A stretch of 64,000 nt of DNA. Origin: Treponemataceae bacterium (GTDB lineage: Bacteria > Spirochaetota > Spirochaetia > Treponematales > Rectinemataceae). This document shows positions 21,433-31,292 of the stretch, one piece after another. Position 1 is the stretch's first letter. Each line of letters begins with the position of its first letter. The stretch is taken from contig CAXXVZ010000005.1 of the NCBI GenBank assembly GCA_963678065.2, positions 192,001 through 256,000 on the forward strand. The letters are read 5' to 3'. Both the position numbers and the translations under genes were made by a program. The notes below the pieces were generated by a model. It was not told the origin of the DNA. It ran no database searches and saw only the letters and a program-made list of their open reading frames with translations.

Positions 21433-21534
21433 CATATTTGAAGCCGGATATTGAGGTCATGGGTACCATGTGGTACCATCGCCGTCTGCGGATCGGGCTG
21501 AACTGGACAGGGCCTGAGGGCAAAGGAGGCTGCG

Positions 21535-22152
21535 ATGGACAGCAGTGAAGAAAAAATCCTTCAGTTCGCGCGCTCGATCAAAGGGAAAACCCCGGCGGAC
21601 TGGGATCACCTGCCGGACATAGGGCTCTACATGGACCAGGTCGTCACCTTTCTGGAACGGCAGCTCGCTCCCTACAGGGAAAGCGAGGGAGGTCGTCTCA
21701 TAACACCTTCCATGATAAATAATTACACAAAAGCAGGAGTCGTGCATAGGGCCGAGGCGAAAAAGTACTCCCAGAGCCACATCGCCCTCCTCATTCTCGT
21801 CTGCACGCTCAAACAGGTTCTGTCCATACCGGATCTGACGAGGCTCCTGTCGGGCTCCCCGGGCGAGAGCGAAATCGCCTCGCTGTACGCTTCTTTCAGG
21901 ATGAAACTCGCCGGTTCCATGGACGAGACGGCAGGACTCGTCGACGCCGCCGCGGAGAATATTACGGGCCCGGCGAGGGAAGAGGCCCTGCGCAGGCTCG
22001 CCCTCGATTTCGCGATCGAGGCTCAGGCGCGAAGTTTCGCGGCGAGAAAGATACTCGCGATTCTGGAACCGGGGAGGAGTGAAAAAGAAGCTCCGAAAGG
22101 TCGGGCGCCGAGGAAATCGGGAAAACCCGGGAAGGGCGGGCAGGCATCCTAA
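21535..22152 (+). CDS. DUF1836-family protein (putative regulator)
   Basis: WDHLPDIGLYMDQV, ITPSMINNYTK, KKYSQSHI, LKQVLSI. Confidence 0.88.
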   Translation: MDSSEEKILQFARSIKGKTPADWDHLPDIGLYMDQVVTFLERQLAPYRESEGGRLITPSMINNYTKAGVVHRAEAKKYSQSHIALLILVCTLKQVLSIPDLTRLLSGSPGESEIASLYASFRMKLAGSMDETAGLVDAAAENITGPAREEALRRLALDFAIEAQARSFAARKILAILEPGRSEKEAPKGRAPRKSGKPGKGGQAS

Positions 22153-22255
22153 CAGCGTAGGGCGCCTGAATATGACGGGCGCAGACGCTGATCAAGCGTG
22201 CCCCTAGGTTCGGCCGAGGGCTCTGCCACGGACTCTGACGCGGGGTCTGTCCCCC

Positions 22256-22819
22256 TCATCGTCCCTCCCTCCTCTTTCGCTCAAGAGCGTCCAGACCTGC
22301 GAGGAAAAGCAGGACGAAGGCCCCGCCTATCCCGATGATCACGAAAATCCATTTGAGGCTTGTGCCGATCGAGGCTGTCAGGGCCGCGAGCCGGGGTCTT
22401 CCTGGCCAGGAAGCCAGGAGCACGGTCGCGGAGATGTTTTCCACGAAATCGAAGGCGGGACCGAGAAGGGTGAGCCCCGCCACGAGATCGCGCCCACAGA
22501 ATCCGGGCGCAACCCGGCCGAGCGAAAAACTCCAGGCGGAGAGAACGAAAAGTCCATACACGATCGGCCAGACGAGGTCGAAACTCCAGCGTGCGGCGAT
22601 GTAGGCGAGTCTTCCCTCTGTGGTGTAGGCGGCGGCCATGTCGAGAGCCCTTGACGGCGAGTAGAAAAAGCTGAGGTCGAAGTTGGCGCCCTCCGGAGTC
22701 CAGGCCTTCGCCATGGCCGACTGGGCCGGCAGAACCGCGGACAGGAACCAGACGAAAAGGGCTCCCGAGGCGACGAGGAACAGGGGGGAGGACAGGAGCT
22801 TCCGGATTCGATTGGCCAT
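22256..22819 (-). CDS. Hypothetical membrane protein
   Basis: Several hydrophobic segments; FDLSFFYS, EGRLAY, FDLVWP, FDFVEN; RBS GGAGG. Confidence 0.65.
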   Translation of the reverse strand: MANRIRKLLSSPLFLVASGALFVWFLSAVLPAQSAMAKAWTPEGANFDLSFFYSPSRALDMAAAYTTEGRLAYIAARWSFDLVWPIVYGLFVLSAWSFSLGRVAPGFCGRDLVAGLTLLGPAFDFVENISATVLLASWPGRPRLAALTASIGTSLKWIFVIIGIGGAFVLLFLAGLDALERKRREGR

Positions 22820-22967
22820 GACGACCTCCCGGGGGATGAGGCGGAGCGGCACACCGGATTCAATGCGCCGGACAGAGCGAGCCATCGATATTCCATCGAA
22901 CCGGTTTTCGCCCTGCCTGATTTTATGCTAGGATCGTGGCCAAGGCCAGAGAGCCTGGGGAGCAATA

Positions 22968-24719
22968 ATGGCACGCATCGTGGATTTGCCGTGGACATGG
23001 CTTGATGAGTATCGAGGATCGTTTTTCCCGGGAGAATGGCCTACCTTGCCTGAGCTATTCTCCCTCACCGCGAAGCGCTTTCCCGATGGGGCCTGTTTTA
23101 CTGTCTACAATCCCGACAGAAAGTCCCTGAACTACACGGAGGCCGGGGAAAAGATAGCCGAGACCGCCCGCCTCATGCGCACACTCGGCATCGGCCACGA
23201 AGACCGGGTCGCCGTGACGGGCAAGAACTCACCCGAATGGGCCGTCGCATACCTCTCCGTCCTTTTCGCGGGAGCTGTCGTCGTGCCGATCGATTACCAG
23301 CTCGGCACATCGGAGATAGCCAACCTCGTTCGTGCAGGCGAGGTCAGTCTCGTCTGGTGCGACGAGGAAAAATTCGACGAGCTTGCGCGCCTCGTCGCTC
23401 CCGTTCCGATGCGCCCGCTTTTCCCCGGCAGACCAGGCTACATCATGGACCCCGCCCTTTCTGCAGGGTACGGCGCCGCGGGAAACGCCCCGATGGCGGG
23501 CCCCGCGGCCCGCGAACTCGTTCCGGCCGTCGAGACGGACACGGCCGCCATACTCTTCACATCCGGCACGACGGGCCAGCCCAAAGGCGTCATGCTGAGC
23601 CACCGCAACCTCGTTTCGGACTGCTTCCTCGCCCAGGCGAACCTCTCCATCCACCACACGGACGTGTTCTACGCCCTTCTCCCGATCCACCACTCCTACA
23701 CCATGCTCGCTGTCTTCCTCGAATCGATAGCCGTCGGCGCTGAGATCGTCTTCGGCTCCAAGCTCGTCACGAAGCAGATACTCAAAGACCTGAAGGAAGC
23801 GAAGATAACCATGTTCCTGGGCGTGCCCCTCCTCTTCAACAAGGTTCTCGCGGGTATCATGAAGGGCATCCGCGCGAAGGGACCGGTCGTCTACGGGCTC
23901 ATCAGGCTCCTCATGGCCGTCTCCGGGCTGGTGAAGAAATTCACGGGCATAAACCCGGGCAAGAAGATGTTCCACTCCGTGCTGGAGAAGGCAAGTCTCG
24001 CGACGAACCGCATCTGCATCTCCGGCGGAGGCCCCCTCGCTCCGAGCATCTTCAAGCAGTACAACGAACTGGGAATCGACTTCGTGCAGGGCTACGGCCT
24101 CACGGAAACCTCTCCCATCCTGACGCTCAACCCCATCGATCACTACAAGGAAACGAGTGTCGGCCGCATCATTCCCCGCGCGCAGATGCAGATCCTCGAC
24201 CCCGACGAAAATGGCGTCGGCGAAATTGTTGTGAAGGGCCCCATGGTCATGCAGGGCTACTACAAGATGCCGGAGGAGACGGCCGCCGTCTTTACCCCCG
24301 ATGGCTGGTTCAGGACAGGCGACCTCGGTTACCTGGATGGGGAGGATTACCTCTACCTCACGGGAAGGGTGAAGAATCTCATCGTCACCGAGGGCGGCAA
24401 GAACGTCTACCCCGAGGAGATAGAGAACCGCTTCCAGCTTTTCTCGGAAGTCGAACAGGTTCTTGTCTGCGGATACCAGGCCGACAGGGCGATGAAGAGC
24501 GAAGGCATCGAGGCGAAACTTCATCCGGACATGGAATGGTTCCGGGAGCAGTTCCCCGGACTCTCCGGAGAAGATCTCTGGAAAGAAGCCGAGAGCCGCA
24601 TGGCCGGGGTCGTGGAAGAAGTGAACAAGAAACTCCTGCCCTACCAGAGGATCGGCAAGATCACCGTCCTGCGCGAAGCCCTGGAGATGACGACGACGAA
24701 GAAAATAAAGCGTTTCTGA
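22968..24719 (+). CDS. Long-chain-fatty-acid--CoA ligase (AMP-binding)
   Basis: ILFTSGTTGQPKGVMLSH, QGYGLTETSP, FRTGDLG, GKNVYPEEIE, TTTKKIKR. Confidence 0.92.
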   Translation: MARIVDLPWTWLDEYRGSFFPGEWPTLPELFSLTAKRFPDGACFTVYNPDRKSLNYTEAGEKIAETARLMRTLGIGHEDRVAVTGKNSPEWAVAYLSVLFAGAVVVPIDYQLGTSEIANLVRAGEVSLVWCDEEKFDELARLVAPVPMRPLFPGRPGYIMDPALSAGYGAAGNAPMAGPAARELVPAVETDTAAILFTSGTTGQPKGVMLSHRNLVSDCFLAQANLSIHHTDVFYALLPIHHSYTMLAVFLESIAVGAEIVFGSKLVTKQILKDLKEAKITMFLGVPLLFNKVLAGIMKGIRAKGPVVYGLIRLLMAVSGLVKKFTGINPGKKMFHSVLEKASLATNRICISGGGPLAPSIFKQYNELGIDFVQGYGLTETSPILTLNPIDHYKETSVGRIIPRAQMQILDPDENGVGEIVVKGPMVMQGYYKMPEETAAVFTPDGWFRTGDLGYLDGEDYLYLTGRVKNLIVTEGGKNVYPEEIENRFQLFSEVEQVLVCGYQADRAMKSEGIEAKLHPDMEWFREQFPGLSGEDLWKEAESRMAGVVEEVNKKLLPYQRIGKITVLREALEMTTTKKIKRF

Positions 24720-24731
24720 CGGAGTACACAG

Positions 24732-24769
24732 AAAAAAGGCCGCAAGGACCGCGCCGGGCCTTGCGGCCT
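24732..24769. terminator. Stem-loop after the acyl-CoA ligase (A-run on the 5' side)
   Basis: AAAAA-AGGCCGCAAGG-N11-CCTTGCGGCCT. Confidence 0.5.
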
Positions 24770-24797
24770 GCCTCTCCGGGATGGTCATACTTGTCGA

Positions 24798-25694
24798 ATG
24801 AACGGAATCGGACAGGGCATTCCGGACGGAATCGCGGACATCCTCGAATACATCAGGAGAGAGCGGGACTTTGAAACAGAGGGGTATTGCCGCTCCGTGC
24901 TGACGGAGCGCATCCAGCAGCGCATGGACAGCCTTGGGATCGCCCGCACGGATGCCTACCTCGAGATGCTGGGCCGCGAGCCTGCCGAGACGGACCGTCT
25001 GCGGGACTGCCTCACCGTCAAAGTCAGCAGCTTTTTCCGTGATCCTCTCGTGTTCGAATATCTGGCCGAAGCTGTGCTTCCTGCGATCGCGGACGAAAAG
25101 TACCGCAGGGAGGACAGGAGTCTCCGGATCTGGTCGGCCGCCTGCGCAACCGGCGAGGAAGCTTACTCGATCGCCATGCTCCTGCGCGAACGCGCGACCG
25201 AGCTCCCCCGCCTGCCCGACCCACTCATCTTCGCGACGGACATCGACGAATCCGCCCTCGCTCAGGCGAGAACCGGAGTCTATTCCAAGTCCAGCCTCGC
25301 GAAACTCCCGTACGGGCTCGTCGCCTCATACTTCAGCCGCGAGGGCGACTTCTTCCGCGTCGCCCCGGAGATCCGTGCCGCAGTCCGCTTTTCCCGCCAC
25401 AACATACTCGACAAAAAGGGCGCCGTGCCCGCGGAGAGTATTTTCGGAGCCTTCGACCTCATACTCTGCCGCAACCTCCTCATCTACTTCGAGCCGCCCT
25501 GGCAGGAACTCATCGTCGGGAGGCTCTGGCGCTCCCTCGTTCCGGGCGGCTTCCTTGTCCTCGGAAAGACCGAGTCCATCCCCCTCGCGTGGCGGGCGAA
25601 GTTGAGGAGACAGAGCGATCTCTGCCCCGTATACAGAAAACAGGAATCGGAGAGCCCGCGGGATACAAAGCCCGTGACCGGATCGGCGACATGA
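24798..25694 (+). CDS. cheR: CheR-type protein-glutamate methyltransferase
   Basis: VSSFFRD, RIWSAACATGEEAYS, ATDID, FDLILCRNLLIYF, GGFLVLGKTES. Confidence 0.92.
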   Translation: MNGIGQGIPDGIADILEYIRRERDFETEGYCRSVLTERIQQRMDSLGIARTDAYLEMLGREPAETDRLRDCLTVKVSSFFRDPLVFEYLAEAVLPAIADEKYRREDRSLRIWSAACATGEEAYSIAMLLRERATELPRLPDPLIFATDIDESALAQARTGVYSKSSLAKLPYGLVASYFSREGDFFRVAPEIRAAVRFSRHNILDKKGAVPAESIFGAFDLILCRNLLIYFEPPWQELIVGRLWRSLVPGGFLVLGKTESIPLAWRAKLRRQSDLCPVYRKQESESPRDTKPVTGSAT

Positions 25695-25735
25695 GCCGAC
25701 GGGGCCAAAACAGCGACAGAAGGGGGAGCAAGGCC

Positions 25736-28700
25736 ATGAAAACGACACATACATCGGGCAGCATCGGCAGGCGTCTCACAGTCTGGTTTCTGATCGTCGC
25801 CCTTCTGCCCCTGGCCTCTTTCGGCATCGTCGCCTATCTGGAACAGGTTCGGGCCATCAAAGACGACGCTTTCTCCAAATTGACTGCAGTGAGGGATCTC
25901 AAGGTCCAGAGAATCGGCGATTGGCTGAACGGAGTGCAGCGCAATGCCCAGACTGTCGCCCTCGAGGCGCGCAGCCACCTCGTCCCGGACGGGGCCCTGC
26001 ACACCGATCCGGCGTCGATCGGAGCCATGCGCGGATTCATCCTCAACCTCCTGTCCAGCAACACGGAAATTACCGACATCCAGGTTATCGACGCCACGAC
26101 GGGAATGACGCTGGTGTCCAATCGCCAGGAACAGGAAGGCAGGGATCTCTCGGATTCCCTCAATTTCCTTGAACCCCGGAGAACGGGGAAGACCTTTATA
26201 AACGATATACATTTTTCGACTATCACCAACAGCAAGCGGATGAACATAGCCCTTCCCCTCCTCGCGCCCGGTTCCGGGGGAAAGGTACTCGCGGTCGTCG
26301 TGGCCGACATCCGCATGGAACTTCTCGACTCGCTCCTGGGGGAAAACACCGGGCTGGGGCAGAGCGGCGAGACACTCGTCGTCAACAAGGATGTCGTCGC
26401 GGTCAACAACCTCCGCTGGAAGGACAACGCCGCCCTCAACTTCAAGATAGGCGCCGCGCCTGCCGTCCTCGCCGCCTCGGGGAAGACCGGCATCATAGAA
26501 ACGGAGGACTACCGGGGAGTCAGGGTGCTCGCGGCCTACTCCTTCATGCCGGCCACCTCCTGGGGTTTCGTGGCCAAGCAGGACCTCTCGGAACTCTACG
26601 GCCCGATTGCCTCTCTCAACCGAAAGCTTATCCTCATAGCCGGACTCTGCGCGCTCGCGGTCATCGGCATGGCTTTCAGGCTGTCGAAGGGCTTCGTCAA
26701 GCCGATCAGCGAGATGAAGAACACTGCCCTGGCGCTGAGCCGCGGCGAGCTCGGCGTACGCAACCCCATCGCGGGAAACGACGAACTGACCGTGCTCGCG
26801 CGCTCGATCAACGACATGGCGGACCGCGTCGCCTCCCAGATGAGCATCCTTGAGGGGGATCGCACGATCGCTGAAGCGATCGTCAGGCCCACCGACATGG
26901 AGTCCTTCTGCAAGGATCTCCTGTTCACCTTGATGCGCGTCGTGAAGGCGGAAATGGGGGCATTCTACCTACCCGACGGGAAAGGCAGATTCTCCCCCTT
27001 CGCGTCGTTCGGGCTCTCTACCCCCGCCCTGGAGAGCTTCGATGCCGCGAGCTGCGAGGGCATGATCGGAGCGGCCCTCGTCACGCGCGACATCGCCAGA
27101 GTCAGGGACATTCCGCCTGACAGCAAGTTCTCATTCCGGACCTTCGCGGGGGACATCATCCCGCGCGATATGCTGACGATTCCTGTCATAGTCGGAAACA
27201 ACGTGGCGGCCCTCATCGCTCTGGGCTCGCTTTCGGCCTTTACGGACGAAAGCCTCTCGATCCTGGAGGCCTCTTCCTTCGCGACGCGGGTGGGCCTCGC
27301 CAATCAGCTCGCCAACGGAAAAACACGGCATCTCGTCGAGGAACTATCCGCAAAAACCCTGGAACTCGAGGCTCAGGCCGCGGAGCTGTCTTCCCAGTCC
27401 CTCGAACTCCGGAAGCAGTCCGAGCAGCTCCGCGCCCAGAACGTGGAGCTGGAAGCGCAGAGCGCTTCTGTCAACGAGGCGAACCGCCTCAAGAGCGAAT
27501 TCCTCTCGACCATGAGCCATGAACTCCGCACTCCGCTCAACTCCGTGCTCGCCCTCTCCCGCGTCCTCATCATGCAGGGCATGGGCCGGTTCAGTGCGGA
27601 GGAGACAGGTTACCTCGAAATCATCGAGCGGAACGGCAAAAACCTCCTCAGACTGATCAACGACATCCTCGACCTCGCGAAGATCGAGTCGGGGAAACTC
27701 GAACTGGTCTGCGAGGATTTTTCCATCGCGGACTGCATCGTGGAGATCAAGGAGGGCCTGGAGCCCCTGTGCAGGGAAAAGGGCATCGCCATCTTCCTCG
27801 ACATCCCGGAAAACCTGCCTTCCCTGCGCAGCGACAAAAGGCGGGCACACCAGATCCTCATGAATATAATGGGCAACGCAGTCAAATTCACCGCGAAGGG
27901 GCAGATCCGGATCACGGCGGGAGTCACCATGGGCACGGGCAGGCAGGAGATCGCGGTAACGGTGCGCGATACGGGGATAGGCATTCCCGAGAAGGACCTG
28001 CCCTTCATTTTCGACGAGTTCAGACAGGTGGACGGAAGCTCGGCGAGGTCCTACGAAGGCACAGGGCTCGGCTTGGCCATCGCCGCCAAATCGGTCCGTC
28101 TCCTCGGCGGCCGGATAGAGGTCGCGAGCACAGTCGGAGTCGGCTCGACCTTCACGGTCTTCCTGCCTTTGGGAGAGACGGATGCCCCGGCGGCCGAAAC
28201 AGAGGGCTGGACTGAGGCCTCGCTCTTCGACGAAGAGACGGACCCTCACCGCAGTGACGATCCTCGCCGGATTCTCCTCGTCGAAGACAGCGAGCCGGCC
28301 ATCATCCAGATACGGTTGATCCTGGAACAAGAGGGATATCATGTCGAGATAGCGCGCGACGGGCTCGAAGGCATGGCCCTGATGGAGGCCGCGCGGCCCG
28401 ACGGAATCATCCTCGATCTCATGATGCCCGGAGTCGATGGATTCCAGACGCTCGAGCGTCTGCGCGGCACACCCTCGACAGCCCACACTCCCGTCCTGAT
28501 CCTCACGGCCAAGGATCTCACCCGGGAGGATCTGGGGCGGCTCAGCGCGAACCATGTCCAGCAACTCGTCCGCAAGGGAGATGTCGACCGGCAGGAGCTG
28601 CTCGCGAAAATCGCCAGGATGCTGGGGAAGGACGGCCCGAGGGCCTCGGTTCCCGGAGACGCGGCCCCGGGCGCGAAGCCGGTTTCCGCCCCCAACCCGG

Positions 28701-29155
28701 AACCGCGACCCCCGGCCACTTTGCCCTCCCCGTGCCCCTCGACACGAAAAAAACCGCTGCCAGGCGCAAGGCCCGTCATCCTCGCCATCGAGGACAATCC
28801 CGACAACATGACGACGCTCGGCGCGATCCTCGCGGGAGACTACGATTTTCTGCAGGCGCGGGACGGAGAAACTGGTCTCGCGATCGTCGCGGAGAGCCGG
28901 CCCGACCTCGTCATCCTGGATATTTCGCTTCCCGGCTTGAGCGGGATCGAGGTACTCCGCAAGCTGAGGGCGGATGAGGCGGCATTCGAACTTCCCATCA
29001 TCGCCCTCTCGGCTCTGGCCATGAAAGAGGACAGACAGAGAGCCCTCGCTGCCGGCTGCGACGAATACCTGACGAAACCCATCGAGGTCGCGGAGCTGAA
29101 GGAATCGGTCGCGCGATTGATTGGCGGCAGGAAAATTCCGGAGGACCGGTCATGA
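25736..29155 (+). CDS. Hybrid sensor histidine kinase (Cache-HAMP-GAF-coiled coil-HisKA-HATPase-2xREC)
   Basis: Two TM segments around a periplasmic domain. FLSTMSHELRTPLN, NAVKFT, DTGIGI, GTGLGL; receivers ILDLMMP and ILDISLP. Confidence 0.92.
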   Translation: MKTTHTSGSIGRRLTVWFLIVALLPLASFGIVAYLEQVRAIKDDAFSKLTAVRDLKVQRIGDWLNGVQRNAQTVALEARSHLVPDGALHTDPASIGAMRGFILNLLSSNTEITDIQVIDATTGMTLVSNRQEQEGRDLSDSLNFLEPRRTGKTFINDIHFSTITNSKRMNIALPLLAPGSGGKVLAVVVADIRMELLDSLLGENTGLGQSGETLVVNKDVVAVNNLRWKDNAALNFKIGAAPAVLAASGKTGIIETEDYRGVRVLAAYSFMPATSWGFVAKQDLSELYGPIASLNRKLILIAGLCALAVIGMAFRLSKGFVKPISEMKNTALALSRGELGVRNPIAGNDELTVLARSINDMADRVASQMSILEGDRTIAEAIVRPTDMESFCKDLLFTLMRVVKAEMGAFYLPDGKGRFSPFASFGLSTPALESFDAASCEGMIGAALVTRDIARVRDIPPDSKFSFRTFAGDIIPRDMLTIPVIVGNNVAALIALGSLSAFTDESLSILEASSFATRVGLANQLANGKTRHLVEELSAKTLELEAQAAELSSQSLELRKQSEQLRAQNVELEAQSASVNEANRLKSEFLSTMSHELRTPLNSVLALSRVLIMQGMGRFSAEETGYLEIIERNGKNLLRLINDILDLAKIESGKLELVCEDFSIADCIVEIKEGLEPLCREKGIAIFLDIPENLPSLRSDKRRAHQILMNIMGNAVKFTAKGQIRITAGVTMGTGRQEIAVTVRDTGIGIPEKDLPFIFDEFRQVDGSSARSYEGTGLGLAIAAKSVRLLGGRIEVASTVGVGSTFTVFLPLGETDAPAAETEGWTEASLFDEETDPHRSDDPRRILLVEDSEPAIIQIRLILEQEGYHVEIARDGLEGMALMEAARPDGIILDLMMPGVDGFQTLERLRGTPSTAHTPVLILTAKDLTREDLGRLSANHVQQLVRKGDVDRQELLAKIARMLGKDGPRASVPGDAAPGAKPVSAPNPEPRPPATLPSPCPSTRKKPLPGARPVILAIEDNPDNMTTLGAILAGDYDFLQARDGETGLAIVAESRPDLVILDISLPGLSGIEVLRKLRADEAAFELPIIALSALAMKEDRQRALAAGCDEYLTKPIEVAELKESVARLIGGRKIPEDRS

Positions 29156-30393
29156 AAATCCTCGTCATTGACGACAACAGGGACAACCTTGTCTCCGTGA
29201 CGGCGATGCTCAGGAACTACCTGCCCGGCTGCGAGACGGAGACCGCCGAGTCCGGGACGGATGGTATCGGGAAGGCCCGCTCATTTCTTCCGGACACCAT
29301 TCTCCTCGACATACGGATGCCGGGTCTCGACGGCTACCAGGTCTGCCGGATAATCAAATCAGACTCCGACTTGAGGCACATTCCCATCATATATCTCACG
29401 GCCGTCGACTCCGATCCGGCGAGCAAGATAAAAGGGCTCGAGAGCGGCGGGGAGGCTTTCCTCACGAAACCCGTGGACCCGGGGGAACTCATGGCCCAGG
29501 TCCGGGCCATGGTGAGGATCAAACAGGCGGAGGACAGACTCAGAGACGAGAACAGGCGGCTCGAAAAAGCCATCCATGAACGCACCGCGGCTCTCCGCGA
29601 GAGCGAGGAGAGCTACAGGCGCATCAATTCCCGGCTGGAAAGCATGGTGCGAGACCGCACGGAACGGCTCGAAGCCTCGGTGAAGGAACTCGAGGCGTTT
29701 TCGTATTCCGTCTCGCATGACCTCCGGGCTCCGCTCCGTATCCTCACAGGATTCAGCGAAGCGCTCCAGACCCGCTACGGGACAGTGCTGGACGAGGAGG
29801 GGCGGCATTTCATCGAGAGGATATGCGAGGCCTCGCACCGGATGGGGGAACTCATCCAGGATCTCCTCGACCTGTCTCTGCTGACCCGGCGCGACCTCGT
29901 CCGGGTGCCCGTGGACATGAGCGCGCTCGCGGCTTCCGTCGCGGAGAACATGTCGGGACAGAGTCCGGACAAGAGCGTGGAGTTCCGCATCGAAGAAGGC
30001 ATGCGCGCCGTGGGAGACAGCCACCTGCTCAGGATCGTGTTTGAAAACCTCATCGGAAACGCGAGAAAATTCAGCGAGAAAGGCGAAGGCCCGCGGATCG
30101 AGGTGGGGACAGAGCACGAGGGCGCGGAAACCTGGTATTACGTGCGGGACAACGGCGTAGGTTTCAATATGGAATTCGCGGGAAAACTCTTCGCCCCCTT
30201 CCAGCGGCTGCACAACTCGAAGGATTTTCCCGGCACGGGCATCGGACTCGCGACTGTACAGCGGATAATTCTCCGCCACGGAGGCAGGATCAAGGCCGAA
30301 TCCAGGCAGGGCGAAGGGGCGACTTTCAGTTTCACCCTGGGGAACGCGGTGTGCGATGCGGTTCCGGAGCCGGCACGGAGCCCGTTGGCCTAG
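29152..30393 (+). CDS. Response-regulator/histidine kinase hybrid (REC-HisKA-HATPase)
   Basis: ATGA overlap. LLDIRMP, FSYSVSHDLRAPLR, DNGVGF, FQRLH, GTGIGLA. Confidence 0.92.
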   Translation: MKILVIDDNRDNLVSVTAMLRNYLPGCETETAESGTDGIGKARSFLPDTILLDIRMPGLDGYQVCRIIKSDSDLRHIPIIYLTAVDSDPASKIKGLESGGEAFLTKPVDPGELMAQVRAMVRIKQAEDRLRDENRRLEKAIHERTAALRESEESYRRINSRLESMVRDRTERLEASVKELEAFSYSVSHDLRAPLRILTGFSEALQTRYGTVLDEEGRHFIERICEASHRMGELIQDLLDLSLLTRRDLVRVPVDMSALAASVAENMSGQSPDKSVEFRIEEGMRAVGDSHLLRIVFENLIGNARKFSEKGEGPRIEVGTEHEGAETWYYVRDNGVGFNMEFAGKLFAPFQRLHNSKDFPGTGIGLATVQRIILRHGGRIKAESRQGEGATFSFTLGNAVCDAVPEPARSPLA

Positions 30394-30400
30394 AGAGCGG

Positions 30401-31240
30401 TCAGACCCAGGAAGTGTGCGCGCGGGCCAGCACGGTGTCGCCGCGGTACAGACCTGTGATGGTCCCTGCCCCGGGAGCCGCGGCCCAGCGCGCTGCGACC
30501 CGATCGTTCTCGAGCATCTCCGCGGAAAACTCGATCTTCATGGCGCCGACACGGCCGATTCCGCCGCGGCGGGAACGGGGAACGGCGTCGGTCAGCCAGT
30601 CGACGATGTAGGCGTTGTTGACGTGGCCGTTGTAGTCGATGTGGCGGCTGGCCGCCTGCATGGGAAAGGCGTCATGAAATGCTGGCGACTGAACTCCCCC
30701 ACCCTCCCCGGCCGACCCGGAGGCCTTGTCGCCAAGGTCAGGCTCCCTGGTTCTCCCGCCCACAGCCTCTCCGACGGCCACAGGTGCTGGTATGGAGAAA
30801 TCGAAATCCGGCACGGGGTGAGGATCGGCTCCCCTCGGCAATTCCACGCCGAAAGAGCGGTCCGGACGGAGGGGCTTGCGCGCCTCTACGTCGACGACAA
30901 GGTAGGCGTAAACAGCCCTCGCGAACACCGCACGCGAGACGGCATCCCGCAGAACGAGGTCGCGGAGCGCGAAAATCCCTTTGGTGCCGGCGGGCCAGGT
31001 CAGAACTTCGACGCGGTCTCCGGGCGCGGGCGTTCCGTCCATGCGGAGGTCGATGCGCGAGAGCATCCAGGTTCGCCCCCGTGGCGCGAGAGCTTCCATG
31101 CCGATTCCAAGAGCCGCGGCGTGGTCGCCCGCAGCTTCCTGGAAAAAATTCGTCAGGGCGAAGACCTTGAGAGGCCCCCCATATCCGCAGTCGTAGCCGC
31201 GGACCCTGTACTCGACTCGATATGGTTCCACCACAGGCAT
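30401..31240 (-). CDS. Acyl-ACP thioesterase (double hot-dog fold)
   Basis: FQEAAGDHA, WMLSR, IDYNGHVNNAYIVDW. Confidence 0.85.
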   Translation of the reverse strand: MPVVEPYRVEYRVRGYDCGYGGPLKVFALTNFFQEAAGDHAAALGIGMEALAPRGRTWMLSRIDLRMDGTPAPGDRVEVLTWPAGTKGIFALRDLVLRDAVSRAVFARAVYAYLVVDVEARKPLRPDRSFGVELPRGADPHPVPDFDFSIPAPVAVGEAVGGRTREPDLGDKASGSAGEGGGVQSPAFHDAFPMQAASRHIDYNGHVNNAYIVDWLTDAVPRSRRGGIGRVGAMKIEFSAEMLENDRVAARWAAAPGAGTITGLYRGDTVLARAHTSWV

Positions 31241-31292
31241 AGCGTTCCCTCCCCGTTTTCCGGATTGTGCCGATTTTCGCGAAGGACTCGAC

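Noticed and set aside
30680..30790. Gly/Ala-rich insertion in the acyl-ACP thioesterase as an intein or mobile insert
   Set aside because: It lies in the linker between the two hot-dog domains and has no intein motifs or terminal repeats.
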